In this document: in pieces, positions 10,200 to 19,234 of the stretch | How positions within the stretch are numbered: the stretch's first letter is position 1 | How the letters are laid out: the number at the start of each line of letters is the position of its first letter | Source of the DNA: Alphaproteobacteria bacterium | Lineage (GTDB): Bacteria > Pseudomonadota > Alphaproteobacteria > RF32 > CAG-239 | Assembly (NCBI GenBank): GCA_015062435.1 | Contig: SUUR01000002.1 | Location: forward strand, 187 to 64,186 | DNA length: 64,000 nt | Reading direction: 5' to 3' | The notes under the pieces: model-generated | Told to the model about the DNA's origin: nothing | Databases searched by the model: none | Seen by the model: only the letters and a program-made list of their open reading frames with translations | Position numbers and translations under genes: made by a program

Positions 10200-10448
10200 T
10201 TAATCCTCTGGCACAACAAACTCAGAAACTTTAACTTCACCATTATTTACAGATTCTATTTTCTCAATTTTCAATTTTGCAGCATTAAGTTTTTGCTCAC
10301 AAATTTGTTTCAAGGAAATTGCCTGCTCATATGCTTCCACCGCATCATCAAGTTTAATTTTCCCGCCTTCTAACTCTCTGACTATACTATCCAGTTTCAT
10401 CAAAGCTTCTTCAAAGCTCAAATTTTTAATTTCATCATTATTCATCAA
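10200..10448 (-). CDS. xseB: Exodeoxyribonuclease VII small subunit
   Basis: 82 aa; LSFEEALMKLDSIVRELEGGKIKLDDAVEAYEQ is typical XseB. Forms an xseB-ispA operon. Confidence 0.9.
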   Translation of the reverse strand: MMNNDEIKNLSFEEALMKLDSIVRELEGGKIKLDDAVEAYEQAISLKQICEQKLNAAKLKIEKIESVNNGEVKVSEFVVPED

Positions 10449-10595
10449 AACACCTCTTCATAATATTTACCATCATCATATTATATCCGTTTTACAATAT
10501 CCACTATCTATAAAAAATTACCCCCAACCTAAGTATAGATAAAAAACTGATAATAGCGATTATATTAAATATAAACTAATTAAGGAGATTCCCCC

Positions 10596-10868
10596 ATGTC
10601 ACCTCAAAAGATTTTATTTTACGCCGAATTATTAAAAGCTATTGCCAATCCGCATCGTTTAAAAATTTTATATATTTTAAAAGAAAAAGAAAATAATGTC
10701 GGAGAACTGGAACAAAAGATAAATTTAAGTCAATCAGCATTATCCCAACATTTAGCTGTTTTAAGAAACAAAGATATCGTAAAAACCAGACGTTCGGCAC
10801 AAACAATTTATTACACTTTAAAAGATAAGCGTATTTCTCAAATTTTAGAATTACTGAATAAATTATAA
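10596..10868 (+). CDS. ArsR/SmtB-family transcriptional regulator
   Basis: 90-aa winged HTH (NPHRLKILYIL...VGELEQKINLSQSALSQHLAVLRNKDIV). SD taaggag upstream. Confidence 0.85.
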   Translation: MSPQKILFYAELLKAIANPHRLKILYILKEKENNVGELEQKINLSQSALSQHLAVLRNKDIVKTRRSAQTIYYTLKDKRISQILELLNKL

Positions 10869-11345
10869 TCAGTTAGCCAATAATCTGGCTTTTTGAATTT
10901 TCCAATCTCTGTCTTTTATAGCTTCTCGCTTATCATAAAGCTTTTTACCACGACCAAGTCCGACTTCCAGTTTGGCCAATCCGTTTTTATCAAAAAACAA
11001 ACGCATAGCCACCAATGTTGCACCTTTTCTTGACAATGCGTTTATAATATCAACAATTTCTTTGTGTTTTAACAATAGCTTACGCTCACGTTTTTCTGCA
11101 TGAGATGAATATCCTTTATTTATATATTCCCCAATAAACATATTTGCGATATATAATTCACCATTTTTTTCTATTCCATAGGCATCATTTATATTTGCAT
11201 GTCCCAACCGCAAAGACTTGACTTCAGTACCTGTAAGTACCAATCCGGCCACAAACTTTTCATCTATCAAATAATCAAAATTTGCACGTCTGTTATGAGC
11301 AACTTGTCCGGTAGAAATATATTCAGCTTTATTTTTCTTGACCAT
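10869..11345 (-). CDS. smpB: SsrA-binding protein
   Basis: NRRANFDY...GLVLTGTEVKSLR and C-terminal basic tail; 158 aa. Confidence 0.92.
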   Translation of the reverse strand: MVKKNKAEYISTGQVAHNRRANFDYLIDEKFVAGLVLTGTEVKSLRLGHANINDAYGIEKNGELYIANMFIGEYINKGYSSHAEKRERKLLLKHKEIVDIINALSRKGATLVAMRLFFDKNGLAKLEVGLGRGKKLYDKREAIKDRDWKIQKARLLAN

Positions 11346-12411
11346 TTTTATTCTCTTTTAATATTTCATTATATAAAGCACGTCTGACTTTATATGGAAG
11401 ACTGGCCTTAGCATATTGAGGCATAAATTGCAAACATTCTTCCCATTTTTCTTTACTCAATAATTGTTTAGCACCAACTTCAGGTATTATCCATAATCTT
11501 TTTTGAGCAATAAAAATCTCACAACCGTTAAGAGTACACCCTTTAAAATCATCTTTTTTCAAGGCACTAATAAGTCTTATAATTTCGTCGGCCTCCGGCG
11601 CATAATCTTTTTTTCCGACTTCACGCAAAATTTCAGCCAATACCCGATAGCTTATCTCCGAATGCCATGTTTCCAAATTATTAAAAGACAGAGAATATAC
11701 AACATCACTCCATTTTCTGACCTGATTTTTCAAAACTTTTGCTACTTCAAAATCCAAATATTCTCTTGTCAATCGTAAAACCTTTGCTGTATCAGCCAAA
11801 CGTTTTTCAGATATTGCTATTTTATCTTCCAATTCAGGCAAAAATTTTCTGATTTTCACTCGCAAAAAATCATCACTTTGATTAGATTCGTCCTCCACCC
11901 ATTTTATATTTTTTTCAAGCAAATAATTTCGCAATTCCTCAGGATCATCATCTAATTGCGGCCTTATGATATTTATTCCGTTTTGTACTGTAATATCTGC
12001 CATACCGCACAAACCCGATAACCCGCTACCTCTTTGCAGTCTTAGTAAAAAAGTCTCTGCTTGATCTCTGCGATGATGCCCCACTGCCAAATATTGCACA
12101 TCATTAACCTTACACCAACTGCACAATAATTCATATCTTGCTTTTCTGGCAGCTGCTTCAATTCCTGTTTGCGGTTTATCACCTTTCCATTCCAAAATAT
12201 GATGTTCAATACCAAATTTTGCCATCAATTCAGCCACATATTGAGCTTCTTTATTAGAACTTGGACGCAACCCATGGTCCACACTCAAAGCCACAACATT
12301 TATTCCCAATTCTTTTAACCGCAACACCAATGCCAAAGAGTCCGCACCACCGGAAACACCGACGGCAATAACTTTATTTTTAAGGTTATAGCGCTCAAAG
12401 AATTTTAACAA
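11329..12411 (-). CDS. tilS: tRNA(Ile)-lysidine synthase
   Basis: PP-loop GVSGGADSLAL. Position after cpoB matches alphaproteobacterial synteny. Confidence 0.88.
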   Translation of the reverse strand: MLKFFERYNLKNKVIAVGVSGGADSLALVLRLKELGINVVALSVDHGLRPSSNKEAQYVAELMAKFGIEHHILEWKGDKPQTGIEAAARKARYELLCSWCKVNDVQYLAVGHHRRDQAETFLLRLQRGSGLSGLCGMADITVQNGINIIRPQLDDDPEELRNYLLEKNIKWVEDESNQSDDFLRVKIRKFLPELEDKIAISEKRLADTAKVLRLTREYLDFEVAKVLKNQVRKWSDVVYSLSFNNLETWHSEISYRVLAEILREVGKKDYAPEADEIIRLISALKKDDFKGCTLNGCEIFIAQKRLWIIPEVGAKQLLSKEKWEECLQFMPQYAKASLPYKVRRALYNEILKENKNGQEK

Positions 12412-13260
12412 CTACTTACACTCCAAAGCTTTTGCAAAATCTGCTGATTTTGTTTTAAGAGTTTGATCAGCTTTAGGAAATTCGGTCGGTAAAGTCTTAA
12501 ATGCCGTACAAGCTTCTTCTTTTTTTCCCAATTCACGCATAGACATTCCCAGTTTCAATAAACTGTCTGCCCCTTTATTTCCGTGTTTATACTTTTCTAA
12601 ACCTTTGGCAAATGCCACTGCAGCTTTAGTATAATCTTTTTGGGCATAATAAACTTCACCTAACCAATATTGAGCATTTCCGGCAAGTTTATCATCGGGA
12701 TATTTGGTCATCAATGATGTAAACTGTTGAGCTGATTCGCTATACTTTCCGGCATTCATATTTTCCATTGCCTGTTTATAAATCTCATCTGCAGTTTTAG
12801 TTTTAACATCAGGCAAATCATCACCTTTAGAAATTGCGCCACCGGTAATAGAAGTCGGAGCTCCTTGAGCAACCGGAGCATCATATTTTTTTGTCTCAGC
12901 AGTTTGCATAGCCAATCCGACACCTTCAATTGGTTTTCCCTCTATCATTTTGAAACGTACATCAAAATCCTTATTCATCACATCTAGTCTATCATTTAAG
13001 CTTTTAATCTTAAATTCCAACTCATCAACTCTTCCTACCGTTTGGCGCAAAGTTTCATCAAATTCACCAATTTTAACTGCCACATCTTGTGCAGCAGCCG
13101 GAGCAATACCATCTTGTTGTTCTCGATACAATTTTCTCTGCAAAACTTGTATATCTTCACGCAACTGCATTAATTCCATCTGCATTGCATTTTGAGCCTT
13201 AACCGTTTTCAAAGGCAATACCGAAATTGTCGCTACCAAAAACAACTTTAAAATTTTCAT
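12412..13260 (-). CDS. cpoB: Tol-Pal system protein CpoB/YbgF
   Basis: Signal peptide, coiled coil, C-terminal TPR (YWLGEVYYAQKDYTKAAVAF...). Lies downstream of pal. Confidence 0.85.
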   Translation of the reverse strand: MKILKLFLVATISVLPLKTVKAQNAMQMELMQLREDIQVLQRKLYREQQDGIAPAAAQDVAVKIGEFDETLRQTVGRVDELEFKIKSLNDRLDVMNKDFDVRFKMIEGKPIEGVGLAMQTAETKKYDAPVAQGAPTSITGGAISKGDDLPDVKTKTADEIYKQAMENMNAGKYSESAQQFTSLMTKYPDDKLAGNAQYWLGEVYYAQKDYTKAAVAFAKGLEKYKHGNKGADSLLKLGMSMRELGKKEEACTAFKTLPTEFPKADQTLKTKSADFAKALECK

Positions 13261-13324
13261 TTTATCCTCACAAAAAAACTCAACTGGAGTTAATTTAATT
13301 TAATTTTCTGATAATAACAAGTAC

Positions 13325-13352
13325 AAAAAAGCGCACCCGAATAAGGTGCGCT
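13325..13352 (-). terminator. Hairpin plus T-tract after pal (attenuator or terminator)
   Basis: Stem gcgcacc (13331-13337) pairs with ggtgcgc (13346-13352). On the minus strand it is followed by tttttt (13325-13330). Confidence 0.6.
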
Positions 13353-13376
13353 GATTTTTAACTCAACAATCGAGAA

Positions 13377-13853
13377 TTAGTTACCTGCTTTAATAACAGT
13401 AACTGCACGACGGTTTTGAGCCCAAGCTACTTCGTTGTTACCCAACACAGCCGGACGCTCTTTACCATAAGAGATGGTAGAAATACGAGCTGCCTCAACA
13501 CCTTGAGATACCAAGAATTGTTTTACGGCATTGGCACGACGTTCACCCAAAGCCAAGTTGTATTCACGTGTACCACGCTCATCGCAATAACCTTGAACAA
13601 CAACATTTACATTTTCATGTTTCTTCAACCATTTAACTTGAGTATCCAAAACTTCAGCAGCATCAGGACTGATAGCAGAACTGTCAAATGCAAAGAAAAC
13701 TCTGTCTTCAGCATGTTCCATAAAGTCACGTGCCATTTTAGATTCGCACTCACTGCCACCAAACAAAGAACTCTCACTCAAAGCAGAACAGCCGGAGAGA
13801 GCAATGATAGCACAGAATAAACTCAAAAGTTTTTTCATCTTATTTTTCTCCAT
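13377..13853 (-). CDS. pal: Peptidoglycan-associated lipoprotein Pal
   Basis: Lipobox LSGC, OmpA-like C-terminal domain (VVQGYCDERGTREYNLALGERRA). Confidence 0.92.
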   Translation of the reverse strand: MEKNKMKKLLSLFCAIIALSGCSALSESSLFGGSECESKMARDFMEHAEDRVFFAFDSSAISPDAAEVLDTQVKWLKKHENVNVVVQGYCDERGTREYNLALGERRANAVKQFLVSQGVEAARISTISYGKERPAVLGNNEVAWAQNRRAVTVIKAGN

Positions 13854-14119
13854 ATGGGTTTTAAAAATTTGTAATTCTTAAATTACTAATACAGAAATAA
13901 CTTAAGCAATAAAAATTTAATTTTCAATAACAAAAACCGTAAAACTCAAAAAAATACACATCTTTTTACTTTCTTGAGAATTATAATTTTATTATTAAAA
14001 ACCAAACTATAAAAAATAGATAACCATTAAACCCGATTCTTAAATACTACTTTCGATTAACAATCATAAAAAAATGGCTCGCCTCACGACGAACCACTTT
14101 ATCTTTTAATAGCAGAATT

Positions 14120-14632
14120 TTAGAAACTAATCATTCTACCATATAAATCCTCCAAATACTCCCGGTGTGACGGGTGTCTTTTAGAGGTTTTATTTTTTAT
14201 ATGGATCTCAGCCCATACTTGACTTATCGTCAGCGGGTAAAAATCCTTTAATGATGGCATCACTTCCAACAAAAATGCGTTGCAAGTGGCACAGCCCATC
14301 TGTCCTTTCAGAATATGCTTAAGAGCCGGCTGTAGCTTTTCCGCCAACCAACAATCTGTTTCCACAGATGCGTTAGCCTTAAACCATTCTTGCATCACCG
14401 GTGTCCCTAACAACAATGATGTTTTGCACAAATTTTTTGAAAGATACTCTTTCAAATCATCTGTACTTGCAACATCTGCTATCAGTTCCACCAAATCTGC
14501 TTCATGTCCTTTCAAAAGACTGTTATCCTCTTTAACCGCCGTTAGAAATGAAGCATATTTCTTTTTCTCTGTAAATTCCTCCAACCCCTGAGGAAACTCC
14601 GCTCTCCAGTTTATTTTCTTATTTGTTTTCAT
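14120..14632 (-). CDS. Hypothetical protein (orphan, second gene of a 2-gene operon)
   Basis: 170-aa ORF starting 4 nt after the upstream ORF. No signal peptide, no recognisable motif. Confidence 0.55.
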   Translation of the reverse strand: MKTNKKINWRAEFPQGLEEFTEKKKYASFLTAVKEDNSLLKGHEADLVELIADVASTDDLKEYLSKNLCKTSLLLGTPVMQEWFKANASVETDCWLAEKLQPALKHILKGQMGCATCNAFLLEVMPSLKDFYPLTISQVWAEIHIKNKTSKRHPSHREYLEDLYGRMISF

Positions 14633-14636
14633 AATC

Positions 14637-15362
14637 TTATTTTAATTTTTCAAGATTATTAATAAAACAATCATAAACATTATAAGGAGTTATGATCACT
14701 CTCCTTTTGGTAAAATCAACCGGTTTAATTGATTTCACCTCGCTCGCCTCAACCTCCATAATTTGTCCGCCATCAGGCAAACAAATCAGAAATTTTTCAC
14801 CCTTTTTATACAACCACCCGAAGGTTTTATGCTTATAAAGGGTAAATTCCGCCACCGTCAATTCAGCATTCACTTCATCTCCGGTAATTTTAGCAAAAGC
14901 TTCCATTACTTTTTTGCGAGAGAGCTCATCACCATCTTGCAAAATGATATCAGCTCGCCAATAGCCTCTATCATTTTTATAAATATAGCACATAGCTGAA
15001 TAAAACAACCTTGTACCATGTTTGATGGCTGTTCTCTCTCCTTTGAAATAACTCATAGACTTTTTCATATCTATGGTTATTCGGAAATCATCTATTATAT
15101 CTCCATTTGAGAGAACATAGTATGGATTATCTAATCCCATTGCTATATGTATCAAGCTTCCGTCTTTGATTCCATTTTCCGGATTATTGCAGAAATACTG
15201 CAACTGATATCCGTTTAGAAATCTAAAAACTTTAGCCCAATGTGGCTCAAGTGAATGATGATAACTCGGACCATAAAGATCTGTTGTTATTTGTGGCATA
15301 TTGCCACTTGAAGAGTGTCTCAATTCCTCCATAATATCTTTGGGTTTTATGCTCCATGACAT
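14637..15362 (-). CDS. Hypothetical protein (orphan, first gene of a 2-gene operon)
   Basis: 241-aa ORF with no signal peptide or recognisable motif. Preceded by a near-consensus promoter. Confidence 0.55.
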   Translation of the reverse strand: MSWSIKPKDIMEELRHSSSGNMPQITTDLYGPSYHHSLEPHWAKVFRFLNGYQLQYFCNNPENGIKDGSLIHIAMGLDNPYYVLSNGDIIDDFRITIDMKKSMSYFKGERTAIKHGTRLFYSAMCYIYKNDRGYWRADIILQDGDELSRKKVMEAFAKITGDEVNAELTVAEFTLYKHKTFGWLYKKGEKFLICLPDGGQIMEVEASEVKSIKPVDFTKRRVIITPYNVYDCFINNLEKLK

Positions 15363-15420
15363 CTTGGGTTTATCACGGAGCGGGTTAATAAATACAAATA
15401 ATTTTTTTCAATTACCTACA

Positions 15421-15449
15421 CTATACCATTTTAGACAAAATTAGTCAAC
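15421..15449 (-). promoter_or_regulatory. Sigma70-type promoter for the orphan operon
   Basis: Minus strand reads TTGACT (15449-15444), 17 nt, TGgTATAGT (-10 at 15426-15421), about 55 nt upstream of the ATG at 15362. Confidence 0.5.
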
Positions 15450-15589
15450 AATATATTTACCTATTTTGTCAAAAAACCAACAAGACACCAAAAAAGACCA
15501 AAAGCTTAACAACTTCCGGCCTTTTGCAATTTTCCTAAACAAAACACCTAAAACCGCAGAAAACAGTTCAGATAGAGTGAAAATAAGAA

Positions 15590-15633
15590 GGCTGAAAATT
15601 TTAGTGTAGACAAACCTACATGAATTTTCAGCC
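15590..15633. terminator. Long hairpin terminator downstream of ppdK (bidirectional shape)
   Basis: Perfect 11-bp arms ggctgaaaatt (15590-15600) and aattttcagcc (15623-15633), plus inner tgtag/ctaca pairing. T-rich on both sides. Confidence 0.6.
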
Positions 15634-15674
15634 TTTTGCAATTTTCGCTCTAGATGAGCTTGTTATATGCGGTT

Positions 15675-18377
15675 TTAGCTTGCTTTACGACAGCAACACC
15701 CACCATTATTCTCTCCACCAACTGTGCGAGATTTGCCAAATTTAACTGTAGCTTGAGCAGCAGCCAAACGAGCAACCGGCACACGATATGGAGAACAAGA
15801 TACATAGTCCAAACCAACTTGATGGAAGAACTCGATAGATTTCGGATCACCACCATGTTCACCGCAAACACCCAAGTGGAGGTCTGCATTGGTTTCACGA
15901 CCTTTACGACAAGCACGAGCAACGAGTTTACCCACACCGTCAACATCAATAGATGCAAACGGATCAGCCACATAAACACCTTTTGCACGATATTCATCAA
16001 GGATTGCACCGGTGTCATCACGGCTCATACCCAAAGTTGTTTGAGTAAGATCGTTTGTACCAAAACCGAAGAATGAAGCAGATTCTGCAATTTCTTCAGC
16101 CATGAGAGCAGCTCTTGGCAACTCAATCATAGTACCAACGATGTAGTTAACGGTTGCACCTTTTTCAGCAAATACTTGCTTAGCTGTGGTGTCGATAACA
16201 TCTTTAACCAAATCCAACTCTTTCTTAGAACCTGTCAACGGAACTTCGATTTCAGGAGTTACTTTAACACCTTCTGCTTGGCATTCCAAAGCAGCTTCCA
16301 AGATAGCACGAGCTTGCATTTCTGCAATTTCAGGATATGTAACGGCCAAACGACAACCACGATGTCCCAACATTGGGTTAGCTTCATGCAAAGCGGCAGC
16401 ACGTGTCTTAACTTGCTCTAAGCTTACACCCAATTTATTTGCCAATTCTTGCATTTCTGCTTCTGTATGAGGCAAGAATTCATGCAATGGCGGATCGAGC
16501 AAACGAACAGTAACCGGCAGACCGTCCATAATTTTGAACAAGTCTTTGAAGTCTTGTTTTTGATAAGGCAACAATTTTGCCAAAGCAGCACGACGACCTG
16601 CTTCATTATCAGACAAGATCATAGCACGCATATCGCCGATTCTGTTTGCATCAAAGAACATATGTTCGGTACGAGCCAAACCGATACCTTGAGCACCAAA
16701 GTCACGAGCAGTTTGAGCATCTTTTGGAGTTTCGGCATTAGCACGAACTTTCAATACTCTGATTTCATCAACCCAGCTCATCAACTTACCGAAGTTTCCG
16801 GTATTTGTATCAGCCTTAACGGTTGGAATTTCACCTTCAATGATTTGACCTTTAGCACCATCCAAAGATACCCAATCACCTTCTTTAATAACCACACCTG
16901 ACTTTGTAGTCATAGTTTTGTTAGCATAGTTGATTGTAATATCGTTAGAACCTGAAACGCAAGGAGTACCCATACCACGAGCCACAACGGCAGCGTGAGA
17001 AGTCATACCGCCACGAGCAGTAATCACACCTTGAGAAGCGTGCATACCGCCGATATCTTCCGGAGAAGTTTCGTTACGGATAAGGATAACTTTTTCACCT
17101 CTGTTAGCCCAAGCTTCTGCATCTTCTGCATTAAATACTGCACGACCAACAGCCGCACCCGGAGATGCCGGCAAACCGGTAGCAATAACATTTTTCTTAG
17201 CTTTAGGATCCAACATTGGGTGCAACAATTGGTCTAATTGATCCGCACCAACACGCATAATAGCTTCTTCTTTGGTAAGCATGCCTTCTTCAACCATTTC
17301 CACAGCCATACGAACAGCAGCAGCAGCGGTTCTCTTACCATTACGGCATTGCAACATCCAGAGTTTACCATGTTCAATAGTAAATTCCATATCTTGCATA
17401 TCTTTGTAGTGAGCTTCCAATTTATTACGAACATCAACCAATTGTTGATAGAGATGTGGCCATTTTTCTTCCAAAGAAGTACCATCACCCTTAGAAGCCA
17501 TAGGTTGCGGAGTACGAATACCGGCCACAACGTCTTCACCTTGAGCATTAATCAAATATTCACCGTAGTAAACATTTTCACCTGTTGCTGGGTCACGAGA
17601 GAAGCAAACACCGGTAGCGCAATCATCACCGGCATTACCAAACACCATTGTTTGAACGTTAACAGCTGTACCCCAGTCACCCGGAATATTGTTGAGTTTG
17701 CGGTAAGTAATAGCACGAGCAGCCATCCAAGAACCGAATACTGCACCGATACCTGCCCACAATTGCTCCCAAGGATCTTGCGGAACAACTTTGCCCAATT
17801 TAGCACCGATTTCTTTGTATTCTTTAACCAATTCTTTGAGGTCTTCAGCTGTCAAATCTGTATCAGAAGCATAACCTTTAGATTTTTTCATATTTTCCAA
17901 AGCTTCTTCGTAGAGATCGATATCAGCACCCAAAACCACATCAGAGAACATTTGCAAGAAACGACGATAAGAGTCATAAGCAAATCTTTCAGAGCCTGAA
18001 GCTTTAGCCAAAGCTTGAACAGTTTCATCATTCAAACCCAAGTTCAAAACGGTATCCATCATACCCGGCATAGAAACTCTTGCACCTGAACGAACAGAGA
18101 AAAGTAACGGGTTATTGGCATCGGCAAATTTTTTGCCCATAATTTTTTCAACTTCTGCCACAGCTGCACGAACTTGATCTTTCAAATCAGACGGATAAGT
18201 CTTATTGTTGTCATAGTAATATGTACAAACCTCAGTTGTAACAGTAAATCCCGGAGGCACAGGCATACCGACCACATTCATTTCGGCCAAGTTAGCACCT
18301 TTACCACCGAGGAGATTACGCATGCTGGCATCACCTTCGGCTTTGCCGTTTCCAAATGTATAAACCCATTTACTCAT
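15675..18377 (-). CDS. ppdK: Pyruvate, phosphate dikinase
   Basis: 900 aa; PEP-utilising enzyme blocks (GGMTSHAAVVARGMG with phospho-His, NLAEM, GICGEHGGDP-like CGEHGGDP). SD aaaaggag. Confidence 0.95.
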   Translation of the reverse strand: MSKWVYTFGNGKAEGDASMRNLLGGKGANLAEMNVVGMPVPPGFTVTTEVCTYYYDNNKTYPSDLKDQVRAAVAEVEKIMGKKFADANNPLLFSVRSGARVSMPGMMDTVLNLGLNDETVQALAKASGSERFAYDSYRRFLQMFSDVVLGADIDLYEEALENMKKSKGYASDTDLTAEDLKELVKEYKEIGAKLGKVVPQDPWEQLWAGIGAVFGSWMAARAITYRKLNNIPGDWGTAVNVQTMVFGNAGDDCATGVCFSRDPATGENVYYGEYLINAQGEDVVAGIRTPQPMASKGDGTSLEEKWPHLYQQLVDVRNKLEAHYKDMQDMEFTIEHGKLWMLQCRNGKRTAAAAVRMAVEMVEEGMLTKEEAIMRVGADQLDQLLHPMLDPKAKKNVIATGLPASPGAAVGRAVFNAEDAEAWANRGEKVILIRNETSPEDIGGMHASQGVITARGGMTSHAAVVARGMGTPCVSGSNDITINYANKTMTTKSGVVIKEGDWVSLDGAKGQIIEGEIPTVKADTNTGNFGKLMSWVDEIRVLKVRANAETPKDAQTARDFGAQGIGLARTEHMFFDANRIGDMRAMILSDNEAGRRAALAKLLPYQKQDFKDLFKIMDGLPVTVRLLDPPLHEFLPHTEAEMQELANKLGVSLEQVKTRAAALHEANPMLGHRGCRLAVTYPEIAEMQARAILEAALECQAEGVKVTPEIEVPLTGSKKELDLVKDVIDTTAKQVFAEKGATVNYIVGTMIELPRAALMAEEIAESASFFGFGTNDLTQTTLGMSRDDTGAILDEYRAKGVYVADPFASIDVDGVGKLVARACRKGRETNADLHLGVCGEHGGDPKSIEFFHQVGLDYVSCSPYRVPVARLAAAQATVKFGKSRTVGGENNGGCCCRKAS

Positions 18378-18428
18378 GGTTTAAGTTTCTCCTTTTAGTT
18401 AACATTAAATCAGGCAGATATTCCGCCC

Positions 18429-18447
18429 GACGAAAAATTTATTCGTC
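18429..18447. promoter_or_regulatory. Inverted repeat GACGAA-N7-TTCGTC upstream of ppdK (possible operator)
   Basis: gacgaaaaatttattcgtc lies about 50-70 nt upstream of the ppdK start codon. Function unknown. Confidence 0.25.
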
Positions 18448-18530
18448 AATACGTTATACTATTGATTCCGATTCTACAAGCAAAAAGTACAGTACTAACA
18501 CCCTCCCCCTTCTTCGTCATTTTTTATTAT

Positions 18531-18650
18531 CATACTCCGGCTCCCCTTCTCTGTCATACTCCGGCTCTCCTTCTCTGTCATACTCCGGCTCTCCTTCTTT
18601 GTCATACTCCGCCTCTCCTTCTCTGTCATACTTCGCCTCCCCTTCTCTGT
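18531..18650. repeat. Tandem array, 5 x 24 bp (catactccggctcyccttctytgt)
   Basis: Units at 18531, 18555, 18579, 18603 and 18627. Each starts with the 5' arm of the hairpin that terminates the array. Confidence 0.9.
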
Positions 18651-18720
18651 CATACTCCGGCTTGACCGGAGTATCTTCCCTTTAGTTTCCTGAGATTATC
18701 CGAACAAGTCGGATAATGAT
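18649..18720 (+). repeat. Double-hairpin dispersed element, copy A (about 72 bp)
   Basis: gtcatactccgg-cttga-ccggagtatc, 19-nt linker, attatccga-acaag-tcggataat. Homologous copies at 23253-23326 and 23746-23819 (reverse orientation) and 36779-36850. Confidence 0.85.
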
Positions 18721-18754
18721 AGATAATGATTTTGTCACCTCAAGCCTCCCTTTT

Positions 18755-18824
18755 TGTCATTCCGAGCCTCTCTTTTGTCATTCCGAGCCTCTCTTTTGTC
18801 ATTCCGAGCTTGTCGAGGAATCCC
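18755..18824. repeat. Tandem 21-bp units (tgtcattccgagcctctcttt x2) ending in tgtcattccgagcttgtcgaggaatc
   Basis: Direct reading of 18755-18775, 18776-18796 and 18797-18824. Confidence 0.8.
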
Positions 18825-19137
18825 AATAGATGTTTCGACTTCGCTCAACATGACAATTAGCGATATTTTCACCCCCACCTTAATCCTCTCCCATCTAAGG
18901 GAAGAAAATATAAAGCACATTCCTCTTAATTTTAAGAAGAAGTAAAAATCCCCCTCCTCACTTCCGAGTCGGACAACTTGCACCACAGAGCCAATTAGAC
19001 AAAATCGATTCGCATAAAGATTCACAAAACAAAGACATAGATTCACCCGACTCCTTTCATTTGTTTTATTTCGGCTATTTTCGCAACTGATTTTCCCTAC
19101 AAAATCACTAAAAAACAAACCATAAACCCATTTTTTG

Positions 19138-19165
19138 TTGCCAAAAATCACAAACGTGCTATAAT
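19138..19165 (+). promoter_or_regulatory. Near-consensus sigma70 promoter in the non-coding zone
   Basis: TTGCCA (19138-19143), 16 nt, TGcTATAAT (-10 at 19160-19165). Confidence 0.45.
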
Positions 19166-19234
19166 CAAAAATGCCATATTATCTTTTGTATGAAATTATC
19201 ACTATTATTAGAAAGAATGCTTTTTCATTGTTAG

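Noticed and set aside
15675-15750. Extra C-terminal residues on PPDK after the conserved ARLAAAQA, ending GGCCCRKAS.
   Set aside because: The length difference is judged from memory of other PPDKs only. It could be normal lineage variation, and I cannot evaluate it without an alignment.
15650-18398. Long antisense or alternative-frame ORFs inside ppdK (for example 17238..17999 +, 253 aa; 15654..16076 +; 16449..16901 +).
   Set aside because: The minus-strand frame encodes an unmistakable full-length PPDK. The other ORFs are low-complexity shadow frames. The same reasoning applies to shadow ORFs inside plsC, fliP (47407..47898 -), the 876-aa gene, the 994-aa gene and others.
18356-19151. ORFs 18356..18685 (+), 18462..18665 (+), 18735..19151 (-) and 18754..18945 (+), encoding perfect peptide repeats (SYSGSPSL, CHTPALLL, EARNDKR).
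   Set aside because: They are read-through of tandem DNA repeats and hairpin elements in several frames and on both strands. They have no SD and no start context, so they were treated as non-coding.
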